Source of the DNA: Chiloscyllium plagiosum
Taxonomy: Eukaryota
DNA: 41,426 nucleotides
Reading direction: 5' to 3'
NCBI RefSeq assembly: GCF_004010195.1
Contig: NC_057719.1
Span: 95,255,672-95,297,097, forward strand
Under the pieces are notes generated by a model. That model did not search any database. It saw nothing but the letters and a program-made list of their open reading frames with translations, and was not told where the DNA came from. The translations under genes were made by a program, and so were the position numbers. Position 1 is the first letter of the stretch, and each line of letters opens with the position of its first letter. Positions 24,962-37,923 of this stretch are shown piece by piece.

Positions 24962-26395
24962 AAGTCAGAATAGAGGAGCAGAATATTATGGTCAGAAACT
25001 TTTCTCCAGCGTTGAAATGTCTAATAGCAGTGGACATAAATTTATGGTGAGAGGGGGAATGTTCAAAGAGATGTGAGAAGGGCAAGTTTTTTACATGGTG
25101 AAAGTTAGGAGTCTGCAATGCACTACCAGGAACTGATGGTGGAGTCAGATACACTAGAGGTGTTGGAAGGATTTTTAGATAAGCAGATGCATATACAAGG
25201 ACTGAAAGGATAGGGACCAAATGCAGGCACAAGGGATTGGTTTAATTTAGCGTCATGTTTGGCACAACACTGTGGGTCCAAGGACCGTTCCAGCACTGTA
25301 CTGTTCTATGTTCAATCCACAGAATGTTCACTTGTTGATTCTGAGCATAGATGAGTTTTCTTATGAGGAAATGCTGACTAGGCTGGGCTTATAATCATTG
25401 GATATGACAAGAATGAATGGTGTCTTTATCTGAAATATACAAGATTCTTAATGGACTTGACAGATTAGGTGCAGATAGAGTCTAGGGCCAGAGATGGAGA
25501 AGATTTTCTTTTCTCAGTAAGGGGCAACTTTTTCACGCAGAGGATGGTGCGAGTGAGCTGCCAGAGGAAGTGATGGACGCTGGTATAATTACAGCATTTA
25601 AAAGGCATCTGATGGATATATGAATAGGAAGAGTTTAGAGAAATATGGGCCAAGCGCTGGTAAATGGGACTAGATTAGGTTAGGATATCTGGTCGGCATG
25701 GACAAGTGAGACCGAAGGGTCTGTTTCTGTGCTGTACATCTGTATGACTCTATGACTCTTATGGAGAGAGGTTGAATGAGCTTGGACTTCTCACACTGGA
25801 GAGAAGAAGGAAGAGAGGTGACCTGATAGATGTGTACAAGGTAATGAGAGGCATAGATAGAGTAGATAGCCAGAGACTTTTCCCCAGGGCAGAAATGGCT
25901 GTCACGAGTGGTCATAATTTTAAGGTGATTGGAGGAAGGTATTGGGGAAATGTCAGGGGTAGGTTCTGTACACAGAGAGTGGTGGGTGCGTGGAATGTAC
26001 TGTCAGCAGTGATAGTAAAGTCAGAGATATTTAAGCGACTACCGACAAGCACGTGGACGGAAGTAGTTGAGGGGTATGTAGGTTAGGTTGATCTTAGATT
26101 AAGATAAATGGTCAGCACAACATCATAGGCTGAAGGGCCTGTACTGTACTGTTCTATGTCTATGTTTTATGTACTCAGTCTATGGAATTCTATATCACAA
26201 AGACCTGTCAAGGCTGGGTCATTAAGTATATTCAAATCTGAGATAAATAGACTTTTAATCAGTAAAGAGATAAGGCAGAAAAGTGGAGCTGATGATTATC
26301 AGACCAATCATTATCTCATGGATTGGAGAAGCAGATATGATGAGCTGAATGGCAAACCTTTCCTCCTGTGCTTTATTGTCAGCTATTGCTTTTAA
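24962..26395 (+). mobile_element. Cluster of nested CR1 3' fragments
   Basis: Separate 3' ends at about 25313 (ttctatg), 25759 (tatgactc), 26170 (ttctatg) and 26380. ORF 25772-26086 RRKRGDLIDVYKVMRG..FCTQRVVGAWN. Confidence 0.82.
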
Positions 26396-29125
26396 GCAGT
26401 AACTCACTTTGTAATTAGTGTATCAATCACCCTGTGCCAGCAAAGACGTGAAAGAACCTGGAGAAAGGTGATTGAGGAACAGAAGATCTCTGTACTATTG
26501 AAGTGTGTTTCCCCAGTCCATTTCCATCTCCCAATAACAAAGATGTTTTTAGTCTGTATGAGCAGGCTTTTAAAAGGGGATCAGAGTTTCAATTATTAGA
26601 GTTATACATTCATATTTCATGGCTTTGTTTACCTGTATCAAATGCATATTTTTGTAGTAAATATAGTTCCTGTTAAGTGCAAGAACCTGGGGTGTTTTCT
26701 GTTAACTTGACTCCATCTAACAGGTAAATTGTGGACTTTGATTAATTCATTAACTTTGTACAGCCCTGGACGAGGTATGGCTCGAGAATCAGTGTATGCT
26801 CCCAAGTGTGTGGTACTAATAAATCACTTTATACTAAATCAGATCATAGCTCAAGGATTTTTACATTAATCTGCACTTTCATTAATGCCTGAAGTTGGGC
26901 TCAGTTTCAGAGGGATAATGATGGTAAACACCACAAATTCCAGATTAAGGTTTTTGTGAATGCTTGGAGAAAATAATAGAACATTTGCTGCAAGGACTGC
27001 TTGTGACTTAGCTCTCTTTTAAAAAGATAGTGGATAACAGTTAACATACAGACATTAAATCCCAGATTTAGGAAGTAAAGGATAGCTGTGAGAAGAAAGG
27101 ATTTTACTTGGACTATAGAGTTTTTGGTGAAAGGAGACAGATCTTTGGACCAAACCTTCTGAAAATGTAACACCCTACTCACCTCTGAGGGTGCACCAAC
27201 TATGACAGGTTACTTACCACCGTGCAGTACTGGGCACTGTGCCTGTTCTTGCTTCATGAGACTGGTCATCAGTATCAGTAATATTTTCAGAGTCTCTAGC
27301 ATTTCCAGATTGTAGAACCAGTCCCTTCTTGAATGACAAGTTATGAAGTACAAATGTACTTTTGTAATTCCCAAGAGTGCAAACAGGAAGGTACTGCAGA
27401 CTGATGAAGGCATTTGAACCTGCTTGCTAGCACCTCAATTATTAAATCATTTCTGATCTTTGAATTCTCTTTGTAACATTCTTCTGATGATCCTATGAAA
27501 TGGGGTCATGATCGATGGGAGGTACAGCTCAGCAATGTCGCTCAGCAGCGATTTTGCCTTTTATTTCTGCTGTTGAACTAGAGTTCTTAATTAGACAGGA
27601 GAAATCAACAGTGTTTAGTTTATCATGGATTCACAAACAAAAAGTGTTTGTCACTTTTAAAAACCTGGAGGTTTTGCAAATCAAAGCATTTGCAGTTTCT
27701 ACAAATATAGATGCTAAAATTCAGCTCCCTTCTATTTCTAGATGGAAACACCAGCCTTTCTCAAAGCAAATAATGGTGGTTCTTCTTGAACTGCATCTCT
27801 TTCTTCTCCTGATGACTTTATACAAGTACATGTGTCAAGCTGAGGTGTTGTTGGTTGGTGGTGTACTGGGTGGAGCTCCTCTGGTTCAATCACATAGTGA
27901 CCCATATTCTGTGAAGAAAAGTGATGGTATGTTATGAGTTAACAACACAAAAATATATTGAATAGTACATTGCTATTATAATCCTTGTTATGTGGTTGGG
28001 CTCTGTCAGTGCACATAGACACATCCATGAACATATTGTTCATGAACAACAGGACAGTAGTGGTAGTATATGCCACCAGTTCTGTGCTGTTCTCTAAGTG
28101 CTGGCATTGACATGTTGTTTAAAGAGTTCAATTGGTGTTTTCTTATTTTGTGTCAAATTTATCTTTAAACAAAATAGCGGTAGAAATGCAGACATTAAAA
28201 TTAACCACATGAAAATTTCTTCCAGTAGTACAATCTCCTGTATTAGTGCAAGTGCACTATAACTTGTACATTCCTGCTGCTTTCAATTGTTTGCTCCACA
28301 AGTTATATTCTTGATTAAAATTCCTTCTGTTAGCACAGCTAACTTGTCATATATCATTTATAATTGCAACATGTTACATTATTGTTCAGTTATTTTATGA
28401 ATTGTGCACTTTTTCTTACTCATGCTACTTCTCATAATGCTCACCGTCCGTCCCTTTGCACCAGCATTAACCACACTTTTACACGTTACTCTTTCCAACA
28501 AAAGATGTAGGTTTACAGAGCTCCATAAAAAAAAGTTCATTCCCCTGGACCCAGAAAATGCTGGAAACGCGAAGCAAGAAAAAAGTACCTAATGAATTCT
28601 GATTCATTACAAATTATTGTATGATTTGCATCACTCTCTATTAACATGCAAAAAGAGATCTCACTGAGAATTTCCCCAGGAATTAAGAAATTGCTGGATT
28701 TGCTGAAAATATTAGTTACATTTGCTACAGAATTTCAGGTGCTAAATCTCAACATTCAAAGGAATTATGTTCCTGCAATGCCATTCAAACTTAGACACAC
28801 CAAAATTGAACAATTGATACAGTGAAGTCTCAAAACTGCAGGGATTAAATCATTCTCGATTTCATTCCTTTTCTTTTGTCTTTTTTCCCCTCCATTAATC
28901 TTATTTTCTTGGTCTCTTTGCATCTCTTTCTGTATCTAATCTGCCATTCCACAATTTTTCAGTGTTTAAGTTTCATTGGTTAAGGAGATGGGCAAAACTA
29001 ACAGAGCTCTGTTAAGGTCCCGACTGACCTATTGACTCCACAACATTGCGACTTGTTCACAGCCCAGTAATTTTATTTTAGCTCAGAACATTTACAAGAT
29101 GAACATCAAGGAAAGTAATCCAAAG

Positions 29126-29214
29126 TTTGGGGCCACTGAGATACACATGCCAAATTCCAGGCTGTTATTTTGGGGCCACTGAGGTACTCACGCCAAATTC
29201 CAGGCTGTTATTTT
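29126..29214. repeat. Tandem duplication, 2 x 43 bp
   Basis: ggggccactgag..gccaaattccaggctgttattt starts at 29129 and 29172. Confidence 0.88.
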
Positions 29215-32066
29215 CTCTGCTAATGCACAACTATTTGGACATTGCAATTTCAGATTTACAACTTACATGCATCCAAATTAATGAATGGAATCATGAGATG
29301 AAGTACTGAAAGCTCTGAAATCAATGATTGATTTTAGTTTTGTTACAGTCAGAAAGGATAGCCTCAAAAATCATGGTCTGGACCTATGCTTCCCAAACAT
29401 TACTACACTGTGACCCTATTTCAAAACTTGAAAACTTCCTCAGTCGCACTGTGAGGCCTGTGAGAGTGGGGATTGGGGAGGGATGGTTCTTGTCAGAGAA
29501 GGAATCATAGAGTGGGAGCACACCTGTTAGATGGGTCAGAACTCCATGGTCACCATTGTTTTGTCAGACTTGAGGTCACAACCCCGACTGTGAGGAACTC
29601 AGAAATCAGAAAGCACTCAATTGAGACATGACTTGATTACCTTATTGGCTGCATGTCTCTCATTGTCACTGACAAAGCCAAAGCAAATTGGTGCACAGCC
29701 ATTATTTATTTATTACCACATATCAGTCATGGTCACAAATGTTAGGACAGTGATAGAACATAGAACATGGAATGTAACAGCACAGTACAGGCCCTTCGGC
29801 CCTCGATGTTGCACCGACCTGTGAAATTAATCTGATGCCCATCTAACCTACACCGTTCCATTAATATCCATATGTATGTCCAATGCCCATTTAAAGCCCT
29901 TAACATCAGCGAGTCTAGTACTGTTGCAGGCAGGCCATTCATTACCCCTACTATCCTCTAAGTAAAGGAATTGCCCTTGATATCTGTCCTAAATCTATCA
30001 CCCCTCAATTTAAAGCTATGTCCCCTCGTGATAGCCTTCACCATCCGAGGAAAAAGGCTCTCACTGTCCACTCTATCTAACTCTCTGATTATCTTATCCA
30101 TCTTAATTAAGTCACCTTTCAACCTTCTTCTTTCCAATGCAAACAACTTTAGTTCCCTCAGCCTTTCCTCATAAGACCTTCCCTCCATACCAGGCAATAT
30201 CCTAGTAAATCTCCTCTGAACCCCTTCAAAAACTTCCACATCCTTCCTATAATGCAGTGACCAGAACTGCATGCAATACTCCAGGTGCAACCTTACCAGT
30301 GTCTTGTACAGCTGAAGCATGACCTCATGACTCTGAAACTCAATCCCTCTACCAATAAACACCAACACACCATATGCCTTCTTAAAAACCCTATCAAACT
30401 GGGTTGCAACTTTTGGGGATTTATGCACCTGGACACCGAGATCTCTCTGTTCATCTACACGGTAAAGATTTTACCATTAGCCCAGTATTCCGCATTCCTG
30501 TTACTTCTTCCAAAGGGAACGACTCACATTTTTCTGCATTAAACTTCATTTGCCACTTCTCAGCCCAGCTCTGCATCTTATCTATGTCCCTCTGTAACAC
30601 ACAACATCCTTCAGCACTATCCACAACTCTGCCTACTTTAGTGTCATCCACAAATTTACTAACTCATTCTTTGATGCCTTCATCCAGGTCATTTATAAAA
30701 ATGACAAACAACAGTGGCCCCAAAACAGATCCTTGTGGTACACCACTGGTAACTGAGCTCCAGGATGAACATTTCCCATCATCTACCACCCTCTGTCTTC
30801 TTTCAGCGAGCCAATTTCTGATCCAAACCTCTAAATCGCCTTCAATCCCATGCCTCCGTATTTTCTATAATAGCCTTCCATGGGGAACTTTATCAAACGC
30901 CTTACTGAAATCCATATACACTACACTTTACCTGTTTTATCATCTTCTCGAAGAACTCAGTAAGGTTAGTGAGACACAACCTACCCTTCACAAAACCGTG
31001 TTGACTATCCCCAATCAAACTATCCTTTTCCAAATTAATCCTATCTCTTATAACCTTTTCCAACACTTTACCCACAACCGAAGTAAGGCTCACTGGCCTA
31101 TAATTCCCAGGGTTATCTCCACTCCCCTTCTTAAACAAGGGGACAACATTTGCTATCCTCCAGTCTTCTGGTACTATTCCTGTAGACAATGACGACATAA
31201 AGATCAAAACCAAAGGCTCTGCAATCTCCTCCCTGAATTCCCAGAGAATCCAAGGATAAATCCCATCCAGCCCAGGGGTCTTATCTTTTTTCAGATCTTC
31301 CAAAATTGCTAAAACCTCCTCTTTGTCAACCGCAATCCCATCTAATCTAATAGCCTGTATCTCCGAATTCTCACTAACATTGCCCTTTTCCAATGTGAAT
31401 ACTGATGAAGTTATTCATTAAGCACTTCTCCTATGTCCTCAGATTCCATACACAACTTTCCACTACTATCTTTGATTGGCCCTAATCTTACTCTAGTCAT
31501 TCTTTTATTCCTGATATACCTATAGAAGGCCTTAGGGTTTTCCTTGATTCTATCCGCCAACAACTTCTCATGTCCCCTCCTGGCTCTTCTTAGCTCTCTT
31601 TTGATCTTTTCTGGCTAACTTATAACTCTCAAGCTCTCTGAGCGTTCACGCCTCATCCTCACATAAGCCTTCTTCTTCCTCTTGACAAGACGTTCAACTT
31701 CTTCAATAAACCATAGCTTTGTCTCTCAACAACTACCTCCCTGCCTGATAGGTACATACTTATCAAGGACCCACAGTAGCTATTCCTTGAATAAGCTCCA
31801 CATTTCAATTGTGTCCATTCTTTGCAGTTTCCTTTCCCATCCTATGCATCATAAATCTTGCTGAATCACACCGTAATTGCCTTTCTCACAGTTATACCTC
31901 TTTCCCTGCGGTATACATCTATCCCTGCCCATTACTATTGTAAACATAACCGAATTTTGGTCACTATCACCAAAGTGCTCACCTACCTCCAAATCAAACA
32001 CCTGGCTGGGTCCATTACCCAATCCAAATCCAATGTGGCCCCTTGTTGGCCTGTCGACATACTGTG

Positions 32067-32270
32067 CTGAAAATGTGTTGCTGGAAAAGCGCAGCAGGTC
32101 AGGCAGCTCCAAGGAGCAGGAGAATTGACGTTTTGGGTATGAGCCCTTCCTCAGATTCCTGAAGAATGGCTCATGCGCGAAACATCGATTCTCCTGCTCC
32201 TTGGATGCTGCGCTTTTCCAGCAACACATTTTCAGCTCTGATCTCCAGCATCTGCAGTCCTCACTTTCTC
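32067..32270. mobile_element. Inverted-dimer PLE pseudo-LTR element (family A) inside CR1
   Basis: Inverted arms around 32156. Duplication ctgtcgacatactgtg (32051-32066) versus ctgtctccatactgtg (32271-32286). Confidence 0.85.
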
Positions 32271-32647
32271 CTGTCTCCATACTGTGTCAGGAAACCTTCC
32301 TGCACGCATTGAACAAAAACTGAACCATCTAAACTGCTTGAACTATAGTATTCCCAGTCAATATTGGGGAATTTAAAGCCCCCCTTAACAACTACCCTGT
32401 TACCCTCGCTCCTACTGAGAATCATCTTTGCTATCCTTTCCTCTACATCTCAGGAACAATTCGGAGGCCTATAGAAAACTCCCAACAGGGTGACCTCTCC
32501 TTTCCTGTTTCTAACTTCAGTTCGAACTACCTCAGTGGATGAGTCCTCAAACATTCTCTCAGCTGCTGTAATATATCCTTGACTAACAATGCTACACCAC
32601 ACCCTCTTTTACCATCTTCTTTGTTCTTGCTGAAACATCTAAATCCT

Positions 32648-32968
32648 GGAGCACAGTGGCACAGTGGTTAGCACTCCTGCCTCACAGCGCCAGAGACCCG
32701 GGTTCAATTCCCACCTCGGGCGACTGTCTGTGTGGAGTTTGCACATTCTCCCCGTGTCTGCGTGGGTTTCCTCCGGGTGCTCCGATTTCCTCCCATAGTC
32801 CAAAAATGTGCAGGTTAGGTGAATTGGCCATGCTAAATTGCCCGTAGTGTTAGGTGAAGGGGTAAATGTAGGGGAATGGGTCTGGGTGGGCTGCTCTTCA
32901 GAGGGTTGGTGTGGATTTGTTGGGCCAAAGGGCCTGTTTCCATACTGTAAGTAATCTAATCTAATCTA
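32648..32968 (+). mobile_element. tRNA-derived SINE (HE1-type) inside CR1
   Basis: gtggcacagtggttagc, gggttcaattcc and (taatc)3 tail. Confidence 0.92.
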
Positions 32969-33061
32969 AACCATTCCTGTCCCTGCTCTAGCCATGTCTT
33001 CGACATGGCCACAACATTGAAATCCCAGGTACCCACCCATGCTGCAAGTTCACCAACCTTC

Positions 33062-33156
33062 GATTAGACACGGGGAGAATGTGCAAACTCCACACAGACA
33101 GTCGCCTGAGGCGGGAATTGAACCCGGGTCTCTGGCGCTATGCCACCGTGCTGCCC
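33062..33156 (-). mobile_element. Internally deleted SINE fragment
   Basis: SINE head only (B box gggttcaattcc on minus), joined to a taatc remnant. Confidence 0.75.
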
Positions 33157-33327
33157 AAATTATACTGGATGTGCCCTGCATTGAAGTACACACATTTCAA
33201 ACCAACATCCTGATTGCCGGTGCCCTCTCGTGACTTTGTAAACCTATCCCTGACCTCACTACCCTCAACCTCCTGTACACTGGGACTACAATTCAGGTTC
33301 CCATCCCCCTGCTGCATTAGTTTCAAT

Positions 33328-33454
33328 GGGCTGATGAAGGGCTTTTGCCCAAAACGTTGATTTTCCTGCTCCTCGGATACTGCCTGACCTGCTGTACTTT
33401 TCCAGCACCACTCTAATCTCGACTCTGACCTCCAGCATCTGCAGTCCTCACTTT
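33328..33454 (+). mobile_element. PLE pseudo-LTR monomer insertion
   Basis: Starts at ctgatgaagggcttttgccc (hammerhead core, GAAA mutated) and ends in the tail. TSD tgcattagttt(c/a)aat at 33313-33327 and 33455-33469. Confidence 0.82.
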
Positions 33455-33604
33455 TGCATTAGTTTAAATCCCTATGCACAGAGCATTAGCAAATTTCCCC
33501 ACCAGGATATAGATGCCTCTCTGGTTCAGGTGAAGACCATCCTATTTGTAGAGGTCACACCTTCTCCAGAAAGAGCCCCAATTATCCAAGAGTCCAAAAC
33601 CCTC

Positions 33605-33822
33605 CCTCCGGTTTCCTCTCACAGTCCAAAGATGTGCAGGTTTGGTGAATTGGCCATGCTAAATTGCCCGTCGTGTTCAGGGATGTGTAGGTTAGATGCA
33701 TTAGTCAGAGGAAAATGCAGAATAATAGAGTAGAGGAATGTGTCTGGGTGGGATGTTCTTTGGAGTGTCAGTGTGGACTGTTGGGCCATTGGCCTGTTTC
33801 CACACTGCAGGGATTCTATGAA
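33605..33822 (+). mobile_element. 5'-truncated SINE
   Basis: ctccggtttcctctcacagtccaaagatgtgcagg..ggcctgtttccacactg..gattctatg matches the 3' half of the other SINEs. Confidence 0.78.
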
Positions 33823-33850
33823 GAGTGGGGACAAAGACATATAATTGTTT

Positions 33851-33940
33851 CTGATGAAGGGCTTACCCCCAAAATTTCAATTCTCCTGCTCCTCAGATGC
33901 TGCCTGACCTGCTGTGCTTTTCTAGCGCCACACTTTTTGA
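33851..33940 (+). mobile_element. Decayed PLE pseudo-LTR monomer
   Basis: ctgatgaagggctta..gatgctgcctgacctgctg, flanked by imperfect gacaaa..atataat repeats. Confidence 0.72.
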
Positions 33941-34117
33941 CAAAATATAATGGTGTTAATTTGATAATCTCCCGAGATAACATCCTTCCTCATACGTATG
34001 ATTGTTCCCTAACAATTCTTGCAGCTCCCTCTATTTTTATTCCTTTTTACCCTGTCTGAAAACTTAGATCCTTAAGCTGTTGAGCTGATATTGCTTCATG
34101 ATGGCCCTGTTAAAACA

Positions 34118-34636
34118 TTCATAAAACATAGAAACCAGGAGCAAGAGTAGGCCATTTGGCCCGTTGAGTCTCTCTGCCTTTCAACATGGTTGCAGTCGAT
34201 TGTCCAACTCAATAACCTGTTCCACTTCTCCCCCACGTATCCTTTGATTCCTTTAGCCCCAAGTGCTATGTCTAAATCCTTCTTGAAATCATACAATGTT
34301 TTGGCCTTGATTGATTTCAGTGCTGTCAAATTCCACAGGCTCACCACCATCTGGCTGAAGAATTTTCCAACTGTTTCCCCTTAGATTGTTTCTCCCTTAG
34401 ACTGTAAACCTCTGGTTCTGACCTCACATGCCATCAGGAGCATCCTTCCTGCAACTATTCTGTCTAGTCTTGTTAAAATTTTTATACATTTCTAGGAGAT
34501 TCACCGTCATTCTTCTGAAGTCCAGCGAATATATTCCCAATGAATTCAACTTCTCATACGTCAGTGCCACCATCCCAGGAATCAGTCTGGTGAACCTTCC
34601 CTGCATTCCATCTAGAGCAAGAACATCCCTCTCCAA
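34118..34636 (-). mobile_element. CR1 LINE 3' fragment
   Basis: QGRFTRLIPGM and VVSLWNL, with a tttctatg-type tail. Confidence 0.82.
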
Positions 34637-36210
34637 CTGATTAAGAAAGGTTAAAGGAAATCACAGCCCAGTTTATAATATATATTCTGTGTTTGTTTCT
34701 AATTTGAGGGCTTTGTTGCCTGATGAGTTAAGTTTATTTCAGGAAACAAGATGTATGGAAAATAAATAAATATGATCATCTATGTCATATCAGAGAATTT
34801 ATTCAGTTGGAACACAGATTAGAGATGATTATGCAAACATGGCCAATGTGACGTGTTTCCAAAAAAACTATAACGTTTGAGCTTTGCTTTTGCATAATCA
34901 GATGCAGTCCATTTGCTTTCCATTATGATTAATGTCACAGTGACCTTTTTTGATATAACTGTTACAGCTCTTAATACAATTGTGCTTTTATTTAATCACA
35001 GCCTTGCTGGAGAATGGATTATTTCAACACTTATCAATCACCTATTGTCTGGAAAGATTCCCAATTAAGGAATGGACTGGATTAGGTAACACGTCAACAA
35101 AGAGGAAAGGTCCCTTTGCATTAGCACAACGACAAACAGGTACTTTAAATCTTAGTCTCAGCAGAGTTCAGTCCATAAAGAATTAATCCTTTGTGGCTTA
35201 ATATCATTAACAGAAAGCTCCAGAAACAGAAGACTGTCAAAGAGGAATCCATGTTAAGAAATATATGGACTGTATTAGCAGTTTATTTAAGGGTCTCAGA
35301 AAGTGACATTGTCTAATGAGTTGGATTGTTTGAATGGAGAAATTTACCAGAAGGAATCCAAGTACATCTGTACTAACTGCTCAATGGGCTTTACTGTGGA
35401 GTGGAGGTGATTCATCACTGAGTTGAGGTTGTTATCGAGGGTAAAAGAGTTGAACCTTATTTTTTAAATTTTTGCCATTAGATCATTTCAACTAGTTCTA
35501 GCTGAGTGTAAAATAGTTAATATTTGTTTTGCCTTGTGCGTAACAAACACTGAAGTTATTTTGGTACAAGAATTTGGCAGCTTCTTGTGAATACAGCCTT
35601 GTGACTGACCACCATGGTAACGGAACTGCAAACTATAAAACCGAAAGCCAACTCATAGTCCAGGCTTCATTTTGGGATCTGACTTGTCCAGTATTACTGT
35701 CAGCTGGCATCATAATCCTATTAAAAAGAGTACGTCAATGTCATCATTTGGAGTTGTCCCAGTACGATCTGACTTTACAGAGCATTCAAAGTGCAGATGA
35801 TATTATGTTTAATTCATTTAAACCCAGTGTGGCTCAATTTATCTAATGTAAATACAGTAAAATTTTACGAAAGAAACATTAACAGAAATTAAATCTTCCT
35901 GGAAGTAAATTCAAAATAAATTGTAGTCACGTTCATTGATTCTGAAACAACTGATATTCATTTAATGTATAATGTAATCTTTTAGTACATGGGTTTAATG
36001 TGCATAAAACTGGAGAACTTTGAGCAGAGGTTCAGTAAAATCCAGCACAATCAAAATTTATTAGGCTGGACTTTACTGCACAGACATATTGGAGCTTAGC
36101 TGGATGGGTGGGGACCTCAATAATCATTTTAATGTCCTTTCAATGACCCAGAGCAGTGGAAACAGTGCAATGAATTTTAAAATCAGCCACCCTATTTCTG
36201 GGGTTAGGGG

Positions 36211-36379
36211 GTGGGGCGGTCTGGACTGTGGTGGGATGGTCTGGACTGTGGTGGGGTGGTCTGGACTGTGGTGGAGTGGTCTGGACTGTGGTGGGGCGGT
36301 CTGGACTGTGGTGGGGCGGTCTGGACTGTGGTGGGGTGGTCTGGACTGTGGTGGGGCGGTCTGGACTGTGGTGGGGTGG
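36211..36379. repeat. G-rich minisatellite, about 8.5 x 20 bp
   Basis: Unit gtgggg(c/t)ggtctggactgtg. Confidence 0.95.
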
Positions 36380-36943
36380 AGGGGTTGGGAGAGGGGATTA
36401 GGTTGTCATTTCCGTTCCCTGGGAAACTACAGACTTCTGTTGTCACAAAGAAGGTGTAATGGGAGGTTTCTCAGGAAGTCTGAAGGAGGAATTCATTGAC
36501 CTTAACAAAACAAATGAGAGCAAAAGCGCAATATTCTACATCCTGATGTTTAGTTCCATCGAGCTCCTCTCTCTACCCTTTCAGGCCAACTCCAGTGGAT
36601 CACATGAAATTATGTGAAAGTGCACCCTCCCTTTCTAGGGACTTGGTCGCATTATAATCTGTCCATCTGTGGTTGACACCCTCACTCCTTCTAATGCAAA
36701 TGCCATGCTTCCTCCTCAATAAACAAGTCATCAATCAGGTGAATACATGAACATTTCTCCCAATCATCAGCCTCTCACATTTTGTGTCAGGAGAGCACAC
36801 AGGACAGGAGCTTGAGGCCATCAACAAGACATAGCCGTTCACAGATCACAGAGGAGGAGGCACTGGAGATCAGTGGGTGTTCATACAAGTGGCCATCAGA
36901 AAATAGGGAGGGATGAGCGGAGGTGGGGGGATGGGGTGGGCTC

Positions 36944-37049
36944 AAAACATTGAATCTCCTGCTCCTCGGATGCTGCCTGACCTGCTGTGCTTTTCCAGCA
37001 CCACACTCTTGACTCTGATCTCCAGCATCTGCGGTCTTCACTTTCTCCT
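36944..37049 (+). mobile_element. PLE pseudo-LTR monomer with tail
   Basis: ctcctgctcctcggatgctgcctgacc..ctgatctccagcatctgcggtcttcactttctcct. Confidence 0.78.
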
Positions 37050-37640
37050 ATGAGCTCTTTGTGCTCATTTGCTTGGTCTGGTTGAAGGTCCAAACCTCAG
37101 TGCAGTACAATGTTGTCCCGAGTCCATTCTGGACAGTTGGCTGGTGCATACTGAAGGGCACCTGTTGATCTGGTCAGTCACATCATGGGGAAGGAAGTAC
37201 CCAGTGCCCTCAGGCAGGGACATATTCCATATGTACCAAAGATTGAAAATGTCATGTACAGGATAACATGTATCCAGGATGCAAGAGCTCAAAAGTAGAA
37301 TGGCAACCCCATCTTTCACTTTTCCAAAACTTATTCTGTTTCTCTTAGAACATAGAACAATACAGCGCAGGAGAAGCCCTTCTGCCCTCGATGTTGCGCC
37401 GACCCATGAACTATTCTCAGCTCGCCCCTCTACACTGTCCCAAAATCATCCATGTGCTTATCTAAGGATTGTTTAAATCTCCCTAATGTGGCTGAGTTGA
37501 CTACATTAGCAGGTAGGGCATTCCATACCCTTACCACTCTCTGTGTAAAGAACCTGCCTCTGACATCTGTCTTAAATCTACTACCCCTCAATTTGTAGTT
37601 ATGCCCCCTCGTACACGCTGACATCATCATCATCTAAAAA

Positions 37641-37923
37641 GATTAGATTAGATTACTTTTCGTGTAGAAACAGGCTCTTCGGCCCAACAGGTCCACACCG
37701 ACCCGCCCCCACCCAGACCCGTTCCCCTACACCCAACACTACGGGCAATTTAGCATGGCCACTTCACCTGACCTGCACATTTTTGGACTGTGGGAGGAAA
37801 CCGAAGCACCCGGAAGAAACCCACACAGACACGGGGAGAATGTGTAAACTCCACACAGTCACCTGAGACAGGAATTGAACTCGGGTCTCTGGCACTGTGA
37901 GGCAGCAGTGCTAACCACTGCCC
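37641..37923 (-). mobile_element. tRNA-derived SINE (HE1-type)
   Basis: (attag)n on + is the tail. The A and B box head is at 37870-37923. Confidence 0.88.

Larger units (their letters stand above)
29754..33603 (-). mobile_element. CR1 LINE (ORF1 3' part, ORF2, 3' tail), degenerate, with nested insertions
   Basis: GLKCVYFNA (about 33190), GDSDQN, WRIANVVPLFKKG..QHGF, DDTKVG and LYKTLVRLHLEYCMQFW. (ttctatg)n tail at 29754. Confidence 0.92.

Noticed and set aside
26480..26860. Possible solo LTR
   Set aside because: No clear TG..CA termini, TSD or second copy in the window.
27515..27937. 140-aa plus-strand ORF
   Set aside because: No recognisable domain or supporting gene structure.
36089..36499. 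Repetitive ORFs on both strands
   Set aside because: They are artefacts of the stop-free 20-bp minisatellite.
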